Counted from the first letter of the stretch, positions 47,992-59,224 are shown. The stretch: DNA of 64,000 nucleotides from Ignavibacteria bacterium (GCA_947459425.1 CANHDJ010000006.1:19008-83007); one strand, 5' to 3'. Made by a program: numbers and translations. The notes: generated from the sequence alone by a model not told the origin.

Positions 47992-50454
47992 TCACATCGC
48001 CTGAAGCGCGACAAGCGTAATATCGTCGTGTTGGTGGGCTTTTCCGGCAAATTTTCGTACATCGGCAAGTGTTGCCGAAATAAGATCGGCAGCGTGGAGG
48101 GGTGCATTGCGGAGAGTTTTCATCATGCGCTCTTCACCATACTCGGCGTGTTCGGCGTTCATTGCCTCGGTCACGCCGTCGGTATAGAGCAGCAAGCAAT
48201 CGCCTTTTTCCAGCGTCACGCTTGCTGTTGTAACGGCTCTCTCGAAACGCTCTCCCTTGTCCAAGCCCAGCGCCATGCCTTTTGCCGCGACGGTGCTGAT
48301 ATCGCCGCTTTTGCGCAAGACCACGAGCGGGTTGTGTCCGGCATTGGAAAAGGAAAATTCGCGGGTGTAGGTGTTGTAGATGCCGTAAATCATAGAGACA
48401 AACTTTCCACGCTCCATCACGCCATAGAGCAGAGCATTGACGCGGTGCAGTACGTCCGACGGCGAGCCGCTTCCCCGGACTTGGGAAACAATCACGCCTT
48501 TTGCTAAAGTGATATAAAACGCCGCCGAAATCCCCTTCCCCGACACGTCGCCAATCAAGACTCCAAGCCGTTTGTCGTCCAAAGGAAAAAAGTCGTAGTA
48601 ATCGCCGCCAACCTCGTAAGCAGGAATACACGCGGCACTGACGATAACGCTTTCAAACGTCGGCAATGAGCGCGGCAATAGCTTTTGTTGGACGCTTTTG
48701 GCGGCAGCAATTTCTTGGTGCATCCGTTCATTTTCTTCCAGAAGCGAAAGGAAAGTCGGCTTGTAATCGGCTTCGGTGACGGTTTCCGGGGCATTGCCGT
48801 AGTACGCAATAGCGCTCGTAACAAGCGCCACCGCAAAGATAACCCCCAGCAGCACCATCACAAACGGATGAATCGTGAACAATCCCAACGAGATAAGAAA
48901 ACAATTCATAATCAGAGATGCCAAAAGCGCCAGCATATCAGCAAAATACAGCACCGACAGCCCAACAACAACCCGTAAAAAGGAGTGTGCCAGCACAACC
49001 CAAATATCCGTTGTTTGCAGTGATTCAAAAAGCGCTTGTGCCAAAACTGCTAAGAGCAAAGTCCCCACCATCGCGTATTTGCGAGGCACAAGCCAGTAGA
49101 TGACCATTGCCGGAACGATTAAAAAAATGAACGATATTGGTACAACTGACCCGATGGTGGTGAGAAAGCCCGTCAATGCGTGGCGCATCACAAATGGCAA
49201 CGAATAATAATTGGTATTCAGATGAAGCGTTGCCAAGGTTGAAATATTGAAGCGCTCGCCAATAATAGGCACAAAGAGAAGTAGAGCCGTGTATATCGCA
49301 CCCAAACTCATACCGACAAGTATCATACGCCCCCAATGAAACGATTCCAATGGTTTTTCACGGAAGCGCATCAGCGTATAAAATTTTTCTGAACAAATTT
49401 CTCGCAGCACGGAAATACTACCGGCAATCGGCACGGCAATAAAGAAGAAACCAAACCCCAGCGTGTAAAAAACAAAAATTATCGCCAGTCCATACCAAGG
49501 AATCTCGCCCATACCCAATAATGCAGAGGTCATAGAAAGCCCCGACAGCGCTGCTATTGCCAAAAGTCCCGTATTGACCGCTTTAAGCCGCAGACGATTC
49601 ACCCAAATCATCAACAGCCCGACAATCGCAATCCCCACCATCACCCAGAAAAGAATGATAATCACCGTTCGCGCAGAAACGCCACCATTATCACTCGGCG
49701 CGGCGGAGGAGGAAGCTCTAACACTTATGCGCTGCTGCCACTCAGCCGACCAAACGACGGGCGATGTGGAGACTTTTTGCGCCGATACGAGGAGTTCTCG
49801 TTTGAGCAAGGAATCTTGTGAAATCTGCGCGATAAAGGCAATTTTTTCAGCATCGGTGGTATCGCGCTTCCAAACAGCACCGCTCGGCAGTTTGCGCAGA
49901 ATATCGTGCGGAATAAGCCCAAGGAGACGTTCCCGCAAAGCCGTTGTATCGGTGGCGGGAAGCAAGTTCTCGCTTAATCGCTGCGTTTCGCCGACAATCT
50001 GCCCTCGCTCATTCAACCATAATGTGCGAGATAATCCTTCTTCAGCGAGGCTTTGTGCGGACTTTGAGCGAGGTCGAGAGCGATTTCCGGTGGAAAAATT
50101 GATATTGAGTCCGCCTTTTTCTTTTTTCCGAATCCTCATTCGGTACAGAATTTGCTGCACATCGGCGGTATCTAAAAACAATCTCATAGAGGCTCCGTAA
50201 TGAGCTTTGATGCTATCTAAAAGCCCTTCATCGACACTTGCCTCGGATGACATTTCGACCGAATCCCGCGCAATACCAGATTTTGCCAGAATACTGTCGC
50301 GGACAGAGTGCAAACGCTCGTCCAAACCAGACATCAATGGCTTGAATTGCCAATAATCGCGGAGAAGAAAGCACATAACCAGCGCCAATGCGCCCAAAGC
50401 GAAAACGAGAGCATCGGTGCGGGGTTTGCGGGAGGGAAATATTGGGTGAATCAT
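47992..50454 (-). CDS. Multi-pass membrane PP2C/SpoIIE (RsbU-like) phosphatase
   Basis: N-terminal TM, extracytoplasmic domain, ~10 further TM helices; VGGDYYD, IGDVSGKG, NAGHNP, YTDGVTEA, DDIT. Confidence 0.93.
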   Translation of the reverse strand: MIHPIFPSRKPRTDALVFALGALALVMCFLLRDYWQFKPLMSGLDERLHSVRDSILAKSGIARDSVEMSSEASVDEGLLDSIKAHYGASMRLFLDTADVQQILYRMRIRKKEKGGLNINFSTGNRSRPRSKSAQSLAEEGLSRTLWLNERGQIVGETQRLSENLLPATDTTALRERLLGLIPHDILRKLPSGAVWKRDTTDAEKIAFIAQISQDSLLKRELLVSAQKVSTSPVVWSAEWQQRISVRASSSAAPSDNGGVSARTVIIILFWVMVGIAIVGLLMIWVNRLRLKAVNTGLLAIAALSGLSMTSALLGMGEIPWYGLAIIFVFYTLGFGFFFIAVPIAGSISVLREICSEKFYTLMRFREKPLESFHWGRMILVGMSLGAIYTALLLFVPIIGERFNISTLATLHLNTNYYSLPFVMRHALTGFLTTIGSVVPISFIFLIVPAMVIYWLVPRKYAMVGTLLLAVLAQALFESLQTTDIWVVLAHSFLRVVVGLSVLYFADMLALLASLIMNCFLISLGLFTIHPFVMVLLGVIFAVALVTSAIAYYGNAPETVTEADYKPTFLSLLEENERMHQEIAAAKSVQQKLLPRSLPTFESVIVSAACIPAYEVGGDYYDFFPLDDKRLGVLIGDVSGKGISAAFYITLAKGVIVSQVRGSGSPSDVLHRVNALLYGVMERGKFVSMIYGIYNTYTREFSFSNAGHNPLVVLRKSGDISTVAAKGMALGLDKGERFERAVTTASVTLEKGDCLLLYTDGVTEAMNAEHAEYGEERMMKTLRNAPLHAADLISATLADVRKFAGKAHQHDDITLVALQAM

Positions 50455-50715
50455 CGTTGTTCGGTCGAGTGTGGATAAAGGGTGTCGGCGTTGTGTTTTG
50501 CCATTGCTACGCAATTTTTGATAAGGAAGTTACGGAATTTGCTGGATTTTGAACGATTTTTTTCGCGGCATGGAGCAGCGTTTCTGGTATATCGCCCCAA
50601 CGCCGAAAAAATTTTGCTCTACTCTTTCGTCAATGTATATTGCCGCCTTCATCATGCTCCAATTCACGATGCGTTTCACTGGATTCGCCGACATTTACCA
50701 TTTTTCTTGCTTGTT

Positions 50716-53004
50716 ATGCTTACGTCACTTGCCCTGCGCACCCGTTTAATCCTGCTTTCCGCCGTTCCGCTTGCGATGCTGCTCGTATTGATGGGCATAT
50801 TGGCGTGGTCGCGCTGGCAACGCATGGCAGAAACGTCGCAACTTTCGACGCTTTCCGCCATCGCACAAACGTCGGGTGAGTTTATCCATGAATTGCAGTT
50901 GGAACGCGCTTACAGCTCGCGCTTTCTCAATGCGCATGGCGCACAATTTGGCGATGAACTCCGCCGACAACGTACTATATCCGACAACAAACTTGCGGCA
51001 TACACCGCCATACGCCAAAGCCCCGTTGTGGAATCCATTGAAGGAATGACTGAATCGGTCAAAAGAACAACAGACCTGCTGGCGCAACTCCGCGAAAAGC
51101 GCACCAATGTTGATGCGCTGGCAATGACGGCAGCAGAAGAAGGCGATTATTACGGCAATCTGATTGATGAAATTATTGCCGATGTCGAATTTACGGCAAA
51201 AGCCGCCACCTACGATGCAGCAATTTTTCGCTCAACGCTCTCCTACATCACCTTTATCAAACTCAAAGAGCGCTTGGGCAAAGAACGTGCCTTGCTTACG
51301 GGCTTATTCACCCGCGATACCGCAACAAAAGAAGAGTTTATTAAAGCAACGCGCATTGCCTCTGAGCAGTTCACACTGGCGGCTCTCTATCGCACAATGG
51401 CTGCGCCGGAGGAACTTGTACGATTCGATGGATTGGTAAAAAGCGATTTGGGTGTACGCATCCGCACCATGCGACGGGCGCTCTCCGAACGCTTCCCTGA
51501 GCGCGGATTTGGTGTTCAAGCCGAAGAATGGTTCGACGTGACGACGCAGCAAATCAATAAAGCAAAGGAACACGAAACAGCCCTTGCTGCCACCATGACC
51601 GCACAGAATCTTGCCTTGGAGCGCCAATCGCGTATGATGCTACTCATACTCTTGGCAACGCTGGCGGTTATTTTGTTGGGTGTATTTTTCCTCAGCGCCC
51701 GCATTACGCACACAATTCGCCAACCGATTCAAGACCTGACCGAAGGTGCAGAGCGCATAGAATCGGGGAATTTGACGACACCCGTTCCGATTACATCCAG
51801 CGACGAAATTGGTCGTTTTGCCCAAACCTTCAACCGCATGGTGGAGAATCTCAAGTCCGAGCGTAGCGCTTTGCAAGCCGAAAAAACCAGTGTCGAAGCG
51901 AAAGTCCGCGAGGCAGTGCGTACCACAGAAACCCAGCAAAAGCACCTACAAACCAGCGTTCAAGAAATGCTGCAAACGATGGAATATTTTGCCAAAGGCG
52001 ATTTGGCAAAACCGCTTCCAAGCGGTACGCAAGGCGATATTGGGCGACTTTACGACGGCTACAATCAAGCAATCGGTAATATTCGCGCCATGGTGGGTCA
52101 GGTGAAAATGGTGATTGGCGCGGCTGCCAATGCGACGGGCGCTATCACTTCCGACATGAACGGCGTGGAAGGTGATATTTCCACGCAAAGCGAACAAATC
52201 AGCAATATCGCCTCGGCAATGGAAGAAATGAGTGCAACGATTGCCGAGACGACGCAGCAAACCACGCAAGCCTCGAAAGCCGCTTCCGAAGCCGAGCGCG
52301 AGGCGCAATCCGGCGGAACGGTTGTGAGCGAAACACTCACGGCAGTACGGTCTATCGGCGAAGTGGTCATGCACTCGGTGGAATCGATCCAAGCGCTTGA
52401 CCGCAGTAGTGAGCAAATCGGCATGGTTATTCAAGTGATTGACGAAATTGCCGACCAGACGAATCTTCTGGCGCTCAATGCTGCCATCGAAGCAGCCCGC
52501 GCCGGCGACCATGGACGCGGCTTTGCGGTTGTTGCCGATGAAGTCCGAAAACTCGCCGAGCGCACCCAAGAAGCCACCAAAGAAATCAGTTCGACAATTA
52601 AGCAAATCCAACGCGAGACACACAGCGTTGTCCACGAGATGCGAAGCGGTGTACAGGAAGTGGAAAAAGGAAACGTCGCAGCAGCAAAAGCAAAAGAAGC
52701 ATTGGAGCGCATTATTTCGCGGAGCAAGGAAGTATCGGGGATTATCGGGCAAGTGGCGGTTGCTTCGGAGCAGCAAGCCACAAGCGTCGAACTCATTGCT
52801 TCCAACGTTGATTCTATCGCACGTCTGACGAAGCATTCGCAAGATGCCGTGCGCAGCACCACCGACACGACAAGAAATCTTGGGCAGCTCACGGGAGATT
52901 TGGAATATTTGATTGGACAGTTCCGGATTGATGACGGAAGCGGCTCCGGGGGCGGGTTGTATAGAATTGGAGAGAATGCGCAGAAGCAGATTGCAATGGA
53001 ATAA
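50716..53004 (+). CDS. Methyl-accepting chemotaxis protein with NIT-like sensor and HAMP domains
   Basis: Two TM helices; [17 protein letters not shown] and EEWF (NIT-like); [15 protein letters not shown] (HAMP); [20 protein letters not shown]...[14 protein letters not shown]. Confidence 0.93.
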   Translation: MLTSLALRTRLILLSAVPLAMLLVLMGILAWSRWQRMAETSQLSTLSAIAQTSGEFIHELQLERAYSSRFLNAHGAQFGDELRRQRTISDNKLAAYTAIRQSPVVESIEGMTESVKRTTDLLAQLREKRTNVDALAMTAAEEGDYYGNLIDEIIADVEFTAKAATYDAAIFRSTLSYITFIKLKERLGKERALLTGLFTRDTATKEEFIKATRIASEQFTLAALYRTMAAPEELVRFDGLVKSDLGVRIRTMRRALSERFPERGFGVQAEEWFDVTTQQINKAKEHETALAATMTAQNLALERQSRMMLLILLATLAVILLGVFFLSARITHTIRQPIQDLTEGAERIESGNLTTPVPITSSDEIGRFAQTFNRMVENLKSERSALQAEKTSVEAKVREAVRTTETQQKHLQTSVQEMLQTMEYFAKGDLAKPLPSGTQGDIGRLYDGYNQAIGNIRAMVGQVKMVIGAAANATGAITSDMNGVEGDISTQSEQISNIASAMEEMSATIAETTQQTTQASKAASEAEREAQSGGTVVSETLTAVRSIGEVVMHSVESIQALDRSSEQIGMVIQVIDEIADQTNLLALNAAIEAARAGDHGRGFAVVADEVRKLAERTQEATKEISSTIKQIQRETHSVVHEMRSGVQEVEKGNVAAAKAKEALERIISRSKEVSGIIGQVAVASEQQATSVELIASNVDSIARLTKHSQDAVRSTTDTTRNLGQLTGDLEYLIGQFRIDDGSGSGGGLYRIGENAQKQIAME

Positions 53005-53030
53005 TTGCCACAAGTTCAGACACATATAAA

Positions 53031-53070
53031 AACGGCGTTATTCCTCGCTTCTCCGAAGAATAACGCCGTT
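53031..53070. terminator. Hairpin between convergent genes
   Basis: AACGGCGTTATTC...GAATAACGCCGTT. Confidence 0.75.
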
Positions 53071-53153
53071 GTCATTTTTCTATATGCGTGAGTTTTATTC
53101 GTTTGATGCAGCCCTCATGTCAAGATGACGATACACCTCCCTTTGTAAGCACC

Positions 53154-53789
53154 TCAAAATAGCTTGTACTCCGCAGACAACGTAAACGAATGCAGAATAC
53201 CCATAAACGCCAAAAGAAGCAATACCGACAGAATAACGCCAAGGCAAGCAATCGCCAATGCTTGTTGTTGTGCGGCTTTCAGACTTGTGCGCGGCAGCAC
53301 CTTTTGAAAGTGAATACTCGCCACGTGTGCAAAAATGGCAATAATTGACAGACCATAATACGGTACATAATACCACCAAAGCCAGCTTAGAAGCGGCGAT
53401 GCGCCAAAATAGAAATTTGTATCAAGGTTGAAGAAATATCGCCCCATCATCACGGCAAAAATGTGTGCAATCAAAAAGAACGACAAATACAGTCCCGAAG
53501 CCACTTGTACGCGCTCAATGAACGCTATGCCCCGCCAGCCTTTCCGCCGTACAAGCATAATTCCACTTGGCACTTGAATTGACACCGCAGCGAGGAGCAA
53601 TGCTTCTCCCAGAGGATTGCGATAGATAAGCCGAGCAAATTGCATGAAATTGATGTGCATTTCTACCGAAACCAGTGCAAAAAGATGGTTTAGCAGGTGA
53701 AGAGCGATAAATGCCGCCAGGGTTAGCCCGGCAAAACGGTGAAGGCGCAAAAGGCGCAGAGAATCAGGGTTTGTGATCGGAGTGTTCAT
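53154..53789 (-). CDS. Membrane protein (~5 TM) with spaced His residues, possibly cytochrome b-like
   Basis: RLHRFAG, IALHLLNH, QVASGLYLSFFLIAHI, IFAHV. Confidence 0.6.
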   Translation of the reverse strand: MNTPITNPDSLRLLRLHRFAGLTLAAFIALHLLNHLFALVSVEMHINFMQFARLIYRNPLGEALLLAAVSIQVPSGIMLVRRKGWRGIAFIERVQVASGLYLSFFLIAHIFAVMMGRYFFNLDTNFYFGASPLLSWLWWYYVPYYGLSIIAIFAHVASIHFQKVLPRTSLKAAQQQALAIACLGVILSVLLLLAFMGILHSFTLSAEYKLF

Positions 53790-53830
53790 AATCAAGAAAG
53801 AGAATGAAGAATATCGGATTATGCACACAA

Positions 53831-53856
53831 GACCAACAGCGTGAAGTTTTGTGACA
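53831..53856 (-). promoter_or_regulatory. ECF41-type promoter
   Basis: Minus strand TGTCACA-N15-GGTC, ~42 nt upstream of ATG 53789; the ECF41 consensus is TGTCACA/CGTC. Confidence 0.65.
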
Positions 53857-53946
53857 AGAAATCGCAGTCTTTTTTTCGCAACAAACCCCAAATTTCAGCG
53901 TACATTCCCCCAAAAGCTCTTCATTCCTCATGTTTCAGGGCATCGT

Positions 53947-55068
53947 ATGATTTCTCCCTTTCTCAGTCAAAAATTTCGTTTTTGGGCATTTGTGTCCATG
54001 CTGCTGTTGGTGTTTGTGCATGGCTACAATCTTGAACAGCGCTATTTAGAGCCATCTTCGCTTGTCAGCGAGTCGCTCACTTTCACGAGTTTCTTCGAGT
54101 ATTTCACGGCAAATGGCATATTTCGTTTTCGTATTCCAATGCTTTTTGCCATTTCGGGGTATTTATTTGCACTCGGCGACACGAAACCGTACAAAGAGCG
54201 CGTAAAATCTCGTATTCAATCGCTTTTTGTGCCGTATATTTTGTGGAGTTTGATTGGATTAGGATTAACCGCCCTTTTGGAACAATTCCTTCCAACGCAA
54301 GGTGCTGTGCGGGCAGCAGACCTCAGTCAGCCAATAGCAGAATATTCATGGGATAATTACCTTTTCCGAACACTCCTGCACCCGATTCCCTTTCAACTCT
54401 GGTTTATTCGGGTTTTGCTGGTGTACAATCTCGCATATCCGCTTCTTCTGCGGGCTGCAACACGCGCACCCAAAATTTGGTTTCCCGTGATTACGCTGAT
54501 ATGGCTGATGTTGCCAATAAACTTTGGCTTCTTTGAACCCGAAGGGCTGCTCTTTTTTACGCTAGGCGTTTGGTTGCAAAAAAACAATGTCAATCTCGAA
54601 ACGCCGCCACGCTTTGTCCAACCCGCACTCTGGGGAGTCGCGTGGGTACTGCTTGCCACAGCAAAAACACTTACTGCATTTTACGCCGAACCCGCCGCAC
54701 CTGTTTTTATCAGCCTCTTGGTGCTTCACCGTCTTTGCGAGGTTTTGGGGCTTGTTGTTGCGTGGTTTGGGATGGATGCTTTGGTGCGTGTTTGCATGGC
54801 ACAACGCTGGGTTCAATGGTCATCGGCATTTTCCTTTATGATTTATGCCTTGCACGTGCCGATGGTCAATTATCTCTTGCACCCTGCGTTCCAGATGTGG
54901 AGCGGCTTTCCGATGTATCGTTTGCAATTATATTTCCTGTTGCCACTGGCGATTATTGCCTTTTGTATCGGTGTTGGAGCGGTGTTGCGGCGGTTTGTGC
55001 CGCCCATTTATGGTATTTTGACTGGTGGGCGTGGTATGGGAGAACAGTTCACGAAAACGTATCATTGA
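53947..55068 (+). CDS. Acyltransferase 3 family membrane protein
   Basis: LLVFVHG, FRIPMLFAISGYLF, RIQSLFVPYILW, FQLWFIR, SFMIYALH. Confidence 0.9.
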   Translation: MISPFLSQKFRFWAFVSMLLLVFVHGYNLEQRYLEPSSLVSESLTFTSFFEYFTANGIFRFRIPMLFAISGYLFALGDTKPYKERVKSRIQSLFVPYILWSLIGLGLTALLEQFLPTQGAVRAADLSQPIAEYSWDNYLFRTLLHPIPFQLWFIRVLLVYNLAYPLLLRAATRAPKIWFPVITLIWLMLPINFGFFEPEGLLFFTLGVWLQKNNVNLETPPRFVQPALWGVAWVLLATAKTLTAFYAEPAAPVFISLLVLHRLCEVLGLVVAWFGMDALVRVCMAQRWVQWSSAFSFMIYALHVPMVNYLLHPAFQMWSGFPMYRLQLYFLLPLAIIAFCIGVGAVLRRFVPPIYGILTGGRGMGEQFTKTYH

Positions 55069-55999
55069 GAAGCAATAATTTGTCAGGATTCCTAACAGAA
55101 TACATTTCCGTAACACCTTCATCATCGGCTTCAAGCGTTAGCGCGGCGATGATTTTCCCCGTTTCCTGATGCACAGCGATTGCACCTAATCGCCCATTGA
55201 GCCAGCATGGAAGCCATGCAGAAGGCTCTTTTTTTGCTGCCCATTCAGCAATATTGCGCAAACTCAGAATATTTTTCTCACGTCCGCGCACAACAATACG
55301 CGAAGCAACCACCTTCCCGCCGCCATCGGAATACATCACGACATCCTCTTTCAAAAGGCTGCGCAGCGCATCATACTGGCCCGCCTGCGTTGCCATAGCA
55401 AACGCCTGAAAGAGTGCTGCATGGCGCTCTTGCGAAGCAGAAAAGCGTTTTTTTCCTAATTCCAACTTCGTTTTTGCGCGTTCCATGAGTTTGCGGGCGT
55501 GTGCTTCGGTAATTGCCAGCATTTCTGCGGTTTCGCCATAGGACTCATTGAAAAGTTCTGCAAGAACATAGACGGCACGTTCAAGCGGAGTCAGCGTTTC
55601 CATAAGCCGTAGAAGCCCTATACTGACCGCGTTGGGCGTGTCGAACTCCTGCACACGCGCCTCAGCGCTATGGTCAGGCAATGCTTCGGTAAGCGAGGAA
55701 ACAAGAGGTTCCGGCAGCCAAACACCCCAATACGATTCCGCAATCTCGCGCTGCATCGCTTCTTTGCGCGTGAGCGCACGATTAACAATCGCTTTGCCGC
55801 AATACGCCTTGAGGTTGCGGACTTCGCTCTGCGCGGCATCCGTGCTTGCGCTGCGTTCCCACACGCGAGCCGTCACGTCTTGCACAATGTCTTCCGCCTC
55901 AGCCCGCGAGCCGAGAATATTGTATGCCAGATGAAAAAAATATGGACGATAGCGCTGCAACGCGCCTTCAATACTTGCTTCTGGGCTTACGGTCATCAT
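55049..55999 (-). CDS. ECF41 (SigJ-like) sigma factor with SnoaL-like C-terminal extension
   Basis: LAYNILGSRAEAEDIVQD plus the WLPEP, DGGGK and NPDKL signature motifs. Confidence 0.93.
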   Translation of the reverse strand: MMTVSPEASIEGALQRYRPYFFHLAYNILGSRAEAEDIVQDVTARVWERSASTDAAQSEVRNLKAYCGKAIVNRALTRKEAMQREIAESYWGVWLPEPLVSSLTEALPDHSAEARVQEFDTPNAVSIGLLRLMETLTPLERAVYVLAELFNESYGETAEMLAITEAHARKLMERAKTKLELGKKRFSASQERHAALFQAFAMATQAGQYDALRSLLKEDVVMYSDGGGKVVASRIVVRGREKNILSLRNIAEWAAKKEPSAWLPCWLNGRLGAIAVHQETGKIIAALTLEADDEGVTEMYSVRNPDKLLLLNDTFS

Positions 56000-56011
56000 T
56001 ATTGCGCTTCC

Positions 56012-56773
56012 TTATTCGTGCAGATTGTTCGTGTCGGCATCGGCAAATTCAACAAGAAAATCGGTGAGATAGGCAATAACGGCATCTAAAAAGGCTTTCC
56101 CTTTTTCCGGCGATGATTTGTGGGGATTACCAACACCAGTGTCGGCAGAAATTTTCGTCCAAGGGCGCGGCGACCAGACTTTGCCCTCACGCATAGCTTT
56201 GATGCGGTTTTGGCGTTGCTTGCCGTCTCCGGCTTCGTCCAAAGGGCGCACAAGTGTTGGTGCGATGTACATCATCACGCTGGTTTCGAGTTCGTCGGCA
56301 TGGTCGCCGGATTCCTCAAAAAATTTGGTGCGATCAGCGAGTTGATACCAGTTTGCCGCGCAAAGAAAGACGCGGGTTTTGGGCTGTAATTCGCGTATGA
56401 TTTGCCGAAAATCATTCCCGCCATGCCCATTCAAAATGAGTAATTTATGAATGCCCTGCCTTTCCAATGAATCCGCAATATCTGACAGCAAAGCCGCTTG
56501 GGTGCTGGGATTCATGTTGATGCATAGTTTGATGTCGAGTTGCCCCGTCTGTACACCAAAAGGAATACACGGCAGTACGACCACCTTTGCACCCTGCGCT
56601 AACGCACCTTTTGCGGCTTCTGCGGCGACATAATCCGCTTGAATACAGTCCGTCGCGTAGGGCAAGTGGTAGTTGTGTGCCTCCGTCGCGCCCCAAGGCA
56701 GAAGTGCGACAGTGTACGGTGTTTCTTGCACCGTTTTCCATGTTGTTGAAGCAAGAAGATAGCGGCGAGGCAT
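56012..56773 (-). CDS. Creatininase family amidohydrolase
   Basis: LLPWGATEAHNYHLPYATD, NGHGGN, DHADELETS. Confidence 0.92.
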   Translation of the reverse strand: MPRRYLLASTTWKTVQETPYTVALLPWGATEAHNYHLPYATDCIQADYVAAEAAKGALAQGAKVVVLPCIPFGVQTGQLDIKLCINMNPSTQAALLSDIADSLERQGIHKLLILNGHGGNDFRQIIRELQPKTRVFLCAANWYQLADRTKFFEESGDHADELETSVMMYIAPTLVRPLDEAGDGKQRQNRIKAMREGKVWSPRPWTKISADTGVGNPHKSSPEKGKAFLDAVIAYLTDFLVEFADADTNNLHE

Positions 56774-56860
56774 AGAGTGGCAAAGATAAATAATGAAGGA
56801 AAATTATGAGTCAAAAGCCTGAAAGGTCAGTATTGAAGAGCCATACAGGATTTGGCAACT

Positions 56861-57532
56861 TCAAGGTCTCCGCCTCACCGTATCTCGCAGTTTGTCTTCT
56901 TGGACGCGCTTGGCAACAAATTCTTTGATAACGAGCAGGATGCGGAAAATCTCGTGCAGCCCCTCTTCGGAAGTGGCTTCCAAAGGCTTGCAGACGTGAT
57001 ATACTTTCCCCTCTAATGCTGTAAACCACCATTTAGAGCCAATAACGAATGTTCCATAGACAATATGCGGCGTTGCATTGAGGTCTTGTGCGGCAAGCAT
57101 CGCCAACAACATTTGTGCCTCGGGGTCATTGGCAGATTTTTTTTCCTTTTTGTATTCCTGTAAACAGAAGTATGGTGCTTTGGGAACATCAATCCCTCGC
57201 GCAAGAAGAAAATCAGCGTTCATGCGGATTTCAAGGTCGTCGGTGTCGGTGGCAATTTCACGCTCAAAAAAGCCTCGCGCCCCTGTATCTTGGTAGCGGG
57301 CTAAATCTATAACCTGCCCGATAAAATATATTTTTAATTCCTCCTCATTCCAGAAGCGCGTATTGATGAGCAGATTCGCCTGAAGATCAACAAGACGTTC
57401 AAGCGCTTTTGCGGGAATAGTAATCGTAGAGGTGTCAAAAATATCCACCCCTTCAACAGTAGTAAGACCAAAGTAATCAATCACTTCCCCGGCCGTCCAC
57501 TGAAGTAAGCGTTTTTGTTTTTTTGGTTTCAT
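56861..57532 (-). CDS. Hypothetical protein, PD-(D/E)xK restriction-endonuclease-like fold
   Basis: WNEEELK..FI, ADFLL, QEYKK, DPEAQML, VYGTFVIGSKWWF. Confidence 0.65.
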   Translation of the reverse strand: MKPKKQKRLLQWTAGEVIDYFGLTTVEGVDIFDTSTITIPAKALERLVDLQANLLINTRFWNEEELKIYFIGQVIDLARYQDTGARGFFEREIATDTDDLEIRMNADFLLARGIDVPKAPYFCLQEYKKEKKSANDPEAQMLLAMLAAQDLNATPHIVYGTFVIGSKWWFTALEGKVYHVCKPLEATSEEGLHEIFRILLVIKEFVAKRVQEDKLRDTVRRRP

Positions 57533-57550
57533 GGTCGTTGGAAATAAGTG

Positions 57551-59143
57551 TCAAACGTAGTATTCACGCGCTTCGGCGGCTGTGGCAAGAATTTGGCGAA
57601 GAGGTGTGGTTTTGCGTTCGGATTTATTTTTCATCCGAAACAGCATAAATGCCCATAAATGCTCAAACGGTAGCACTTCCATCGTTCCGCCTTTGACAAT
57701 ATCGAATGTTCTTGCCGATGATAGCCACACGTAGTATTTCTGCGTTTTGCGCAGCGTTTCGGTCAGTTCAAAATTACAAAAAACGGCATGATTGACCATG
57801 CGCAAAAAGCATTGCAAGCGATAACTCAAGGTTTCCTTTCGTAGGTATTTTTCGTGGTAGCGTATGAGTTCTGCATTATATTTTGCAATTCCTTCAAAAT
57901 CTCCATCCTTGAGCAAGAAGAGTATCTGCCCAATCAACCACGCGCAATTTTTTGCCGCAGTATTTTCCTGATATTCAGGCATTTCAGCAAGAATTTTATT
58001 GACTGAAAAACGAGGTTTGAAGAGGGTGGGACGCTGCGGTATTTCGTCGTCGAGAACAATTCGAGCGTATAATTCGTAGGTCTGCCATATTGACGCTCTT
58101 TCGCCAGCAAAGCGCATAAATGCAGGGGTTTGCAAGACACTCTCCAGAATACCTGCCAATGCGTCATAGTTCTGGCTGTGCATGGCGGTCAAGAAATAAT
58201 ACTCCTGCGCCGTTAGCACTTCCGGCATTTCAGAAGCAGTCACATCGCAGAAGCGCTCCAGTGCTTGCTTCGAGGCAATAAAGTCCTTTGCCGCCAATGC
58301 ATAGTGCAATGCTTCGCCAGCAAACTGTCCCCGCTCTTCCTGCTCTACGCCGTTCGGATACGCCGATAGTTGGCGCTCTGTTTTCTCTAATATTATCAGC
58401 GTTTTTTCGTAAGATTGGCTTGCTTCGGCAAGATACTGTGCGGCTTTCCCAGCGAGGGCGCTCAGGGTGTAGGTCGGGGCGGCATTGGGCAAAGCGCTCA
58501 CAAATTGTTCAATAGCAGTCACCGCAAGGCGGCATCGTTCCTCGTGTTCCGTGCCGAGCAGTGTTTCACGTGCTTTAAAAACTTCAATTTCTGCTATGAG
58601 TGTTTCCGCTTTCATCTCCGCACTAGCACGGTCTAAAGCGGTGTTCAAGAGAGCATCAAACTTTTTCAGCAGCACCATTGAACCTTGTTGCGCATAGAAG
58701 AGGCGAATATGACGATAGGCAAAAATGCAAACATCCGTAAACCCCAGTGTTTCTGCCTCTTCTGCCAATTTTTCCAAACGCTGGACGGCTGTTTCTCGCG
58801 CCCCGGCTTGCCAGAGCGCCCACGTGATAAGCTGTTCTTTCCATGCCGCATATCGCCGTGCGGAACGATGAGAGAAGCGTTCGGTCGAAAGGAAAAAAAA
58901 ACCGTTTTCGATGCGGTCTTTGAGGCGGGATTTGAGCGTAAAATAGCGTGTTGTGGACTTTTGGTCGTGCGAACCATAGAGATCATCAACAACTTCTTCT
59001 TCGGCGTGATGATTGCCTTTGCGGATAATATCAAACAACTTATCGTAGTCTCCGGCAACGGTTTTGCGCGGATAATAAATTGCGTCGTATTTCGCCGGAT
59101 GAATCGTCAAGACACGAACTAAATCCTGAAATGAACGCAACAT
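57551..59143 (-). CDS. Large alpha-helical hypothetical protein
   Basis: Long ORF with TPR-like helical composition; no recognised motif. Confidence 0.65.
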   Translation of the reverse strand: MLRSFQDLVRVLTIHPAKYDAIYYPRKTVAGDYDKLFDIIRKGNHHAEEEVVDDLYGSHDQKSTTRYFTLKSRLKDRIENGFFFLSTERFSHRSARRYAAWKEQLITWALWQAGARETAVQRLEKLAEEAETLGFTDVCIFAYRHIRLFYAQQGSMVLLKKFDALLNTALDRASAEMKAETLIAEIEVFKARETLLGTEHEERCRLAVTAIEQFVSALPNAAPTYTLSALAGKAAQYLAEASQSYEKTLIILEKTERQLSAYPNGVEQEERGQFAGEALHYALAAKDFIASKQALERFCDVTASEMPEVLTAQEYYFLTAMHSQNYDALAGILESVLQTPAFMRFAGERASIWQTYELYARIVLDDEIPQRPTLFKPRFSVNKILAEMPEYQENTAAKNCAWLIGQILFLLKDGDFEGIAKYNAELIRYHEKYLRKETLSYRLQCFLRMVNHAVFCNFELTETLRKTQKYYVWLSSARTFDIVKGGTMEVLPFEHLWAFMLFRMKNKSERKTTPLRQILATAAEAREYYV

Positions 59144-59224
59144 AATACGATAAAAATAGCGTAAAAAGAAAACGTTTTTTCGCAATACAACGAACAATCT
59201 GTCATCTATTTCATTCAGCGAAAT

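Noticed and set aside
51946..53025. 359-aa minus-strand ORF (also 17950-18849)
   Set aside because: These are antisense shadows of the MCP and of the anti-sigma/lipoprotein genes.
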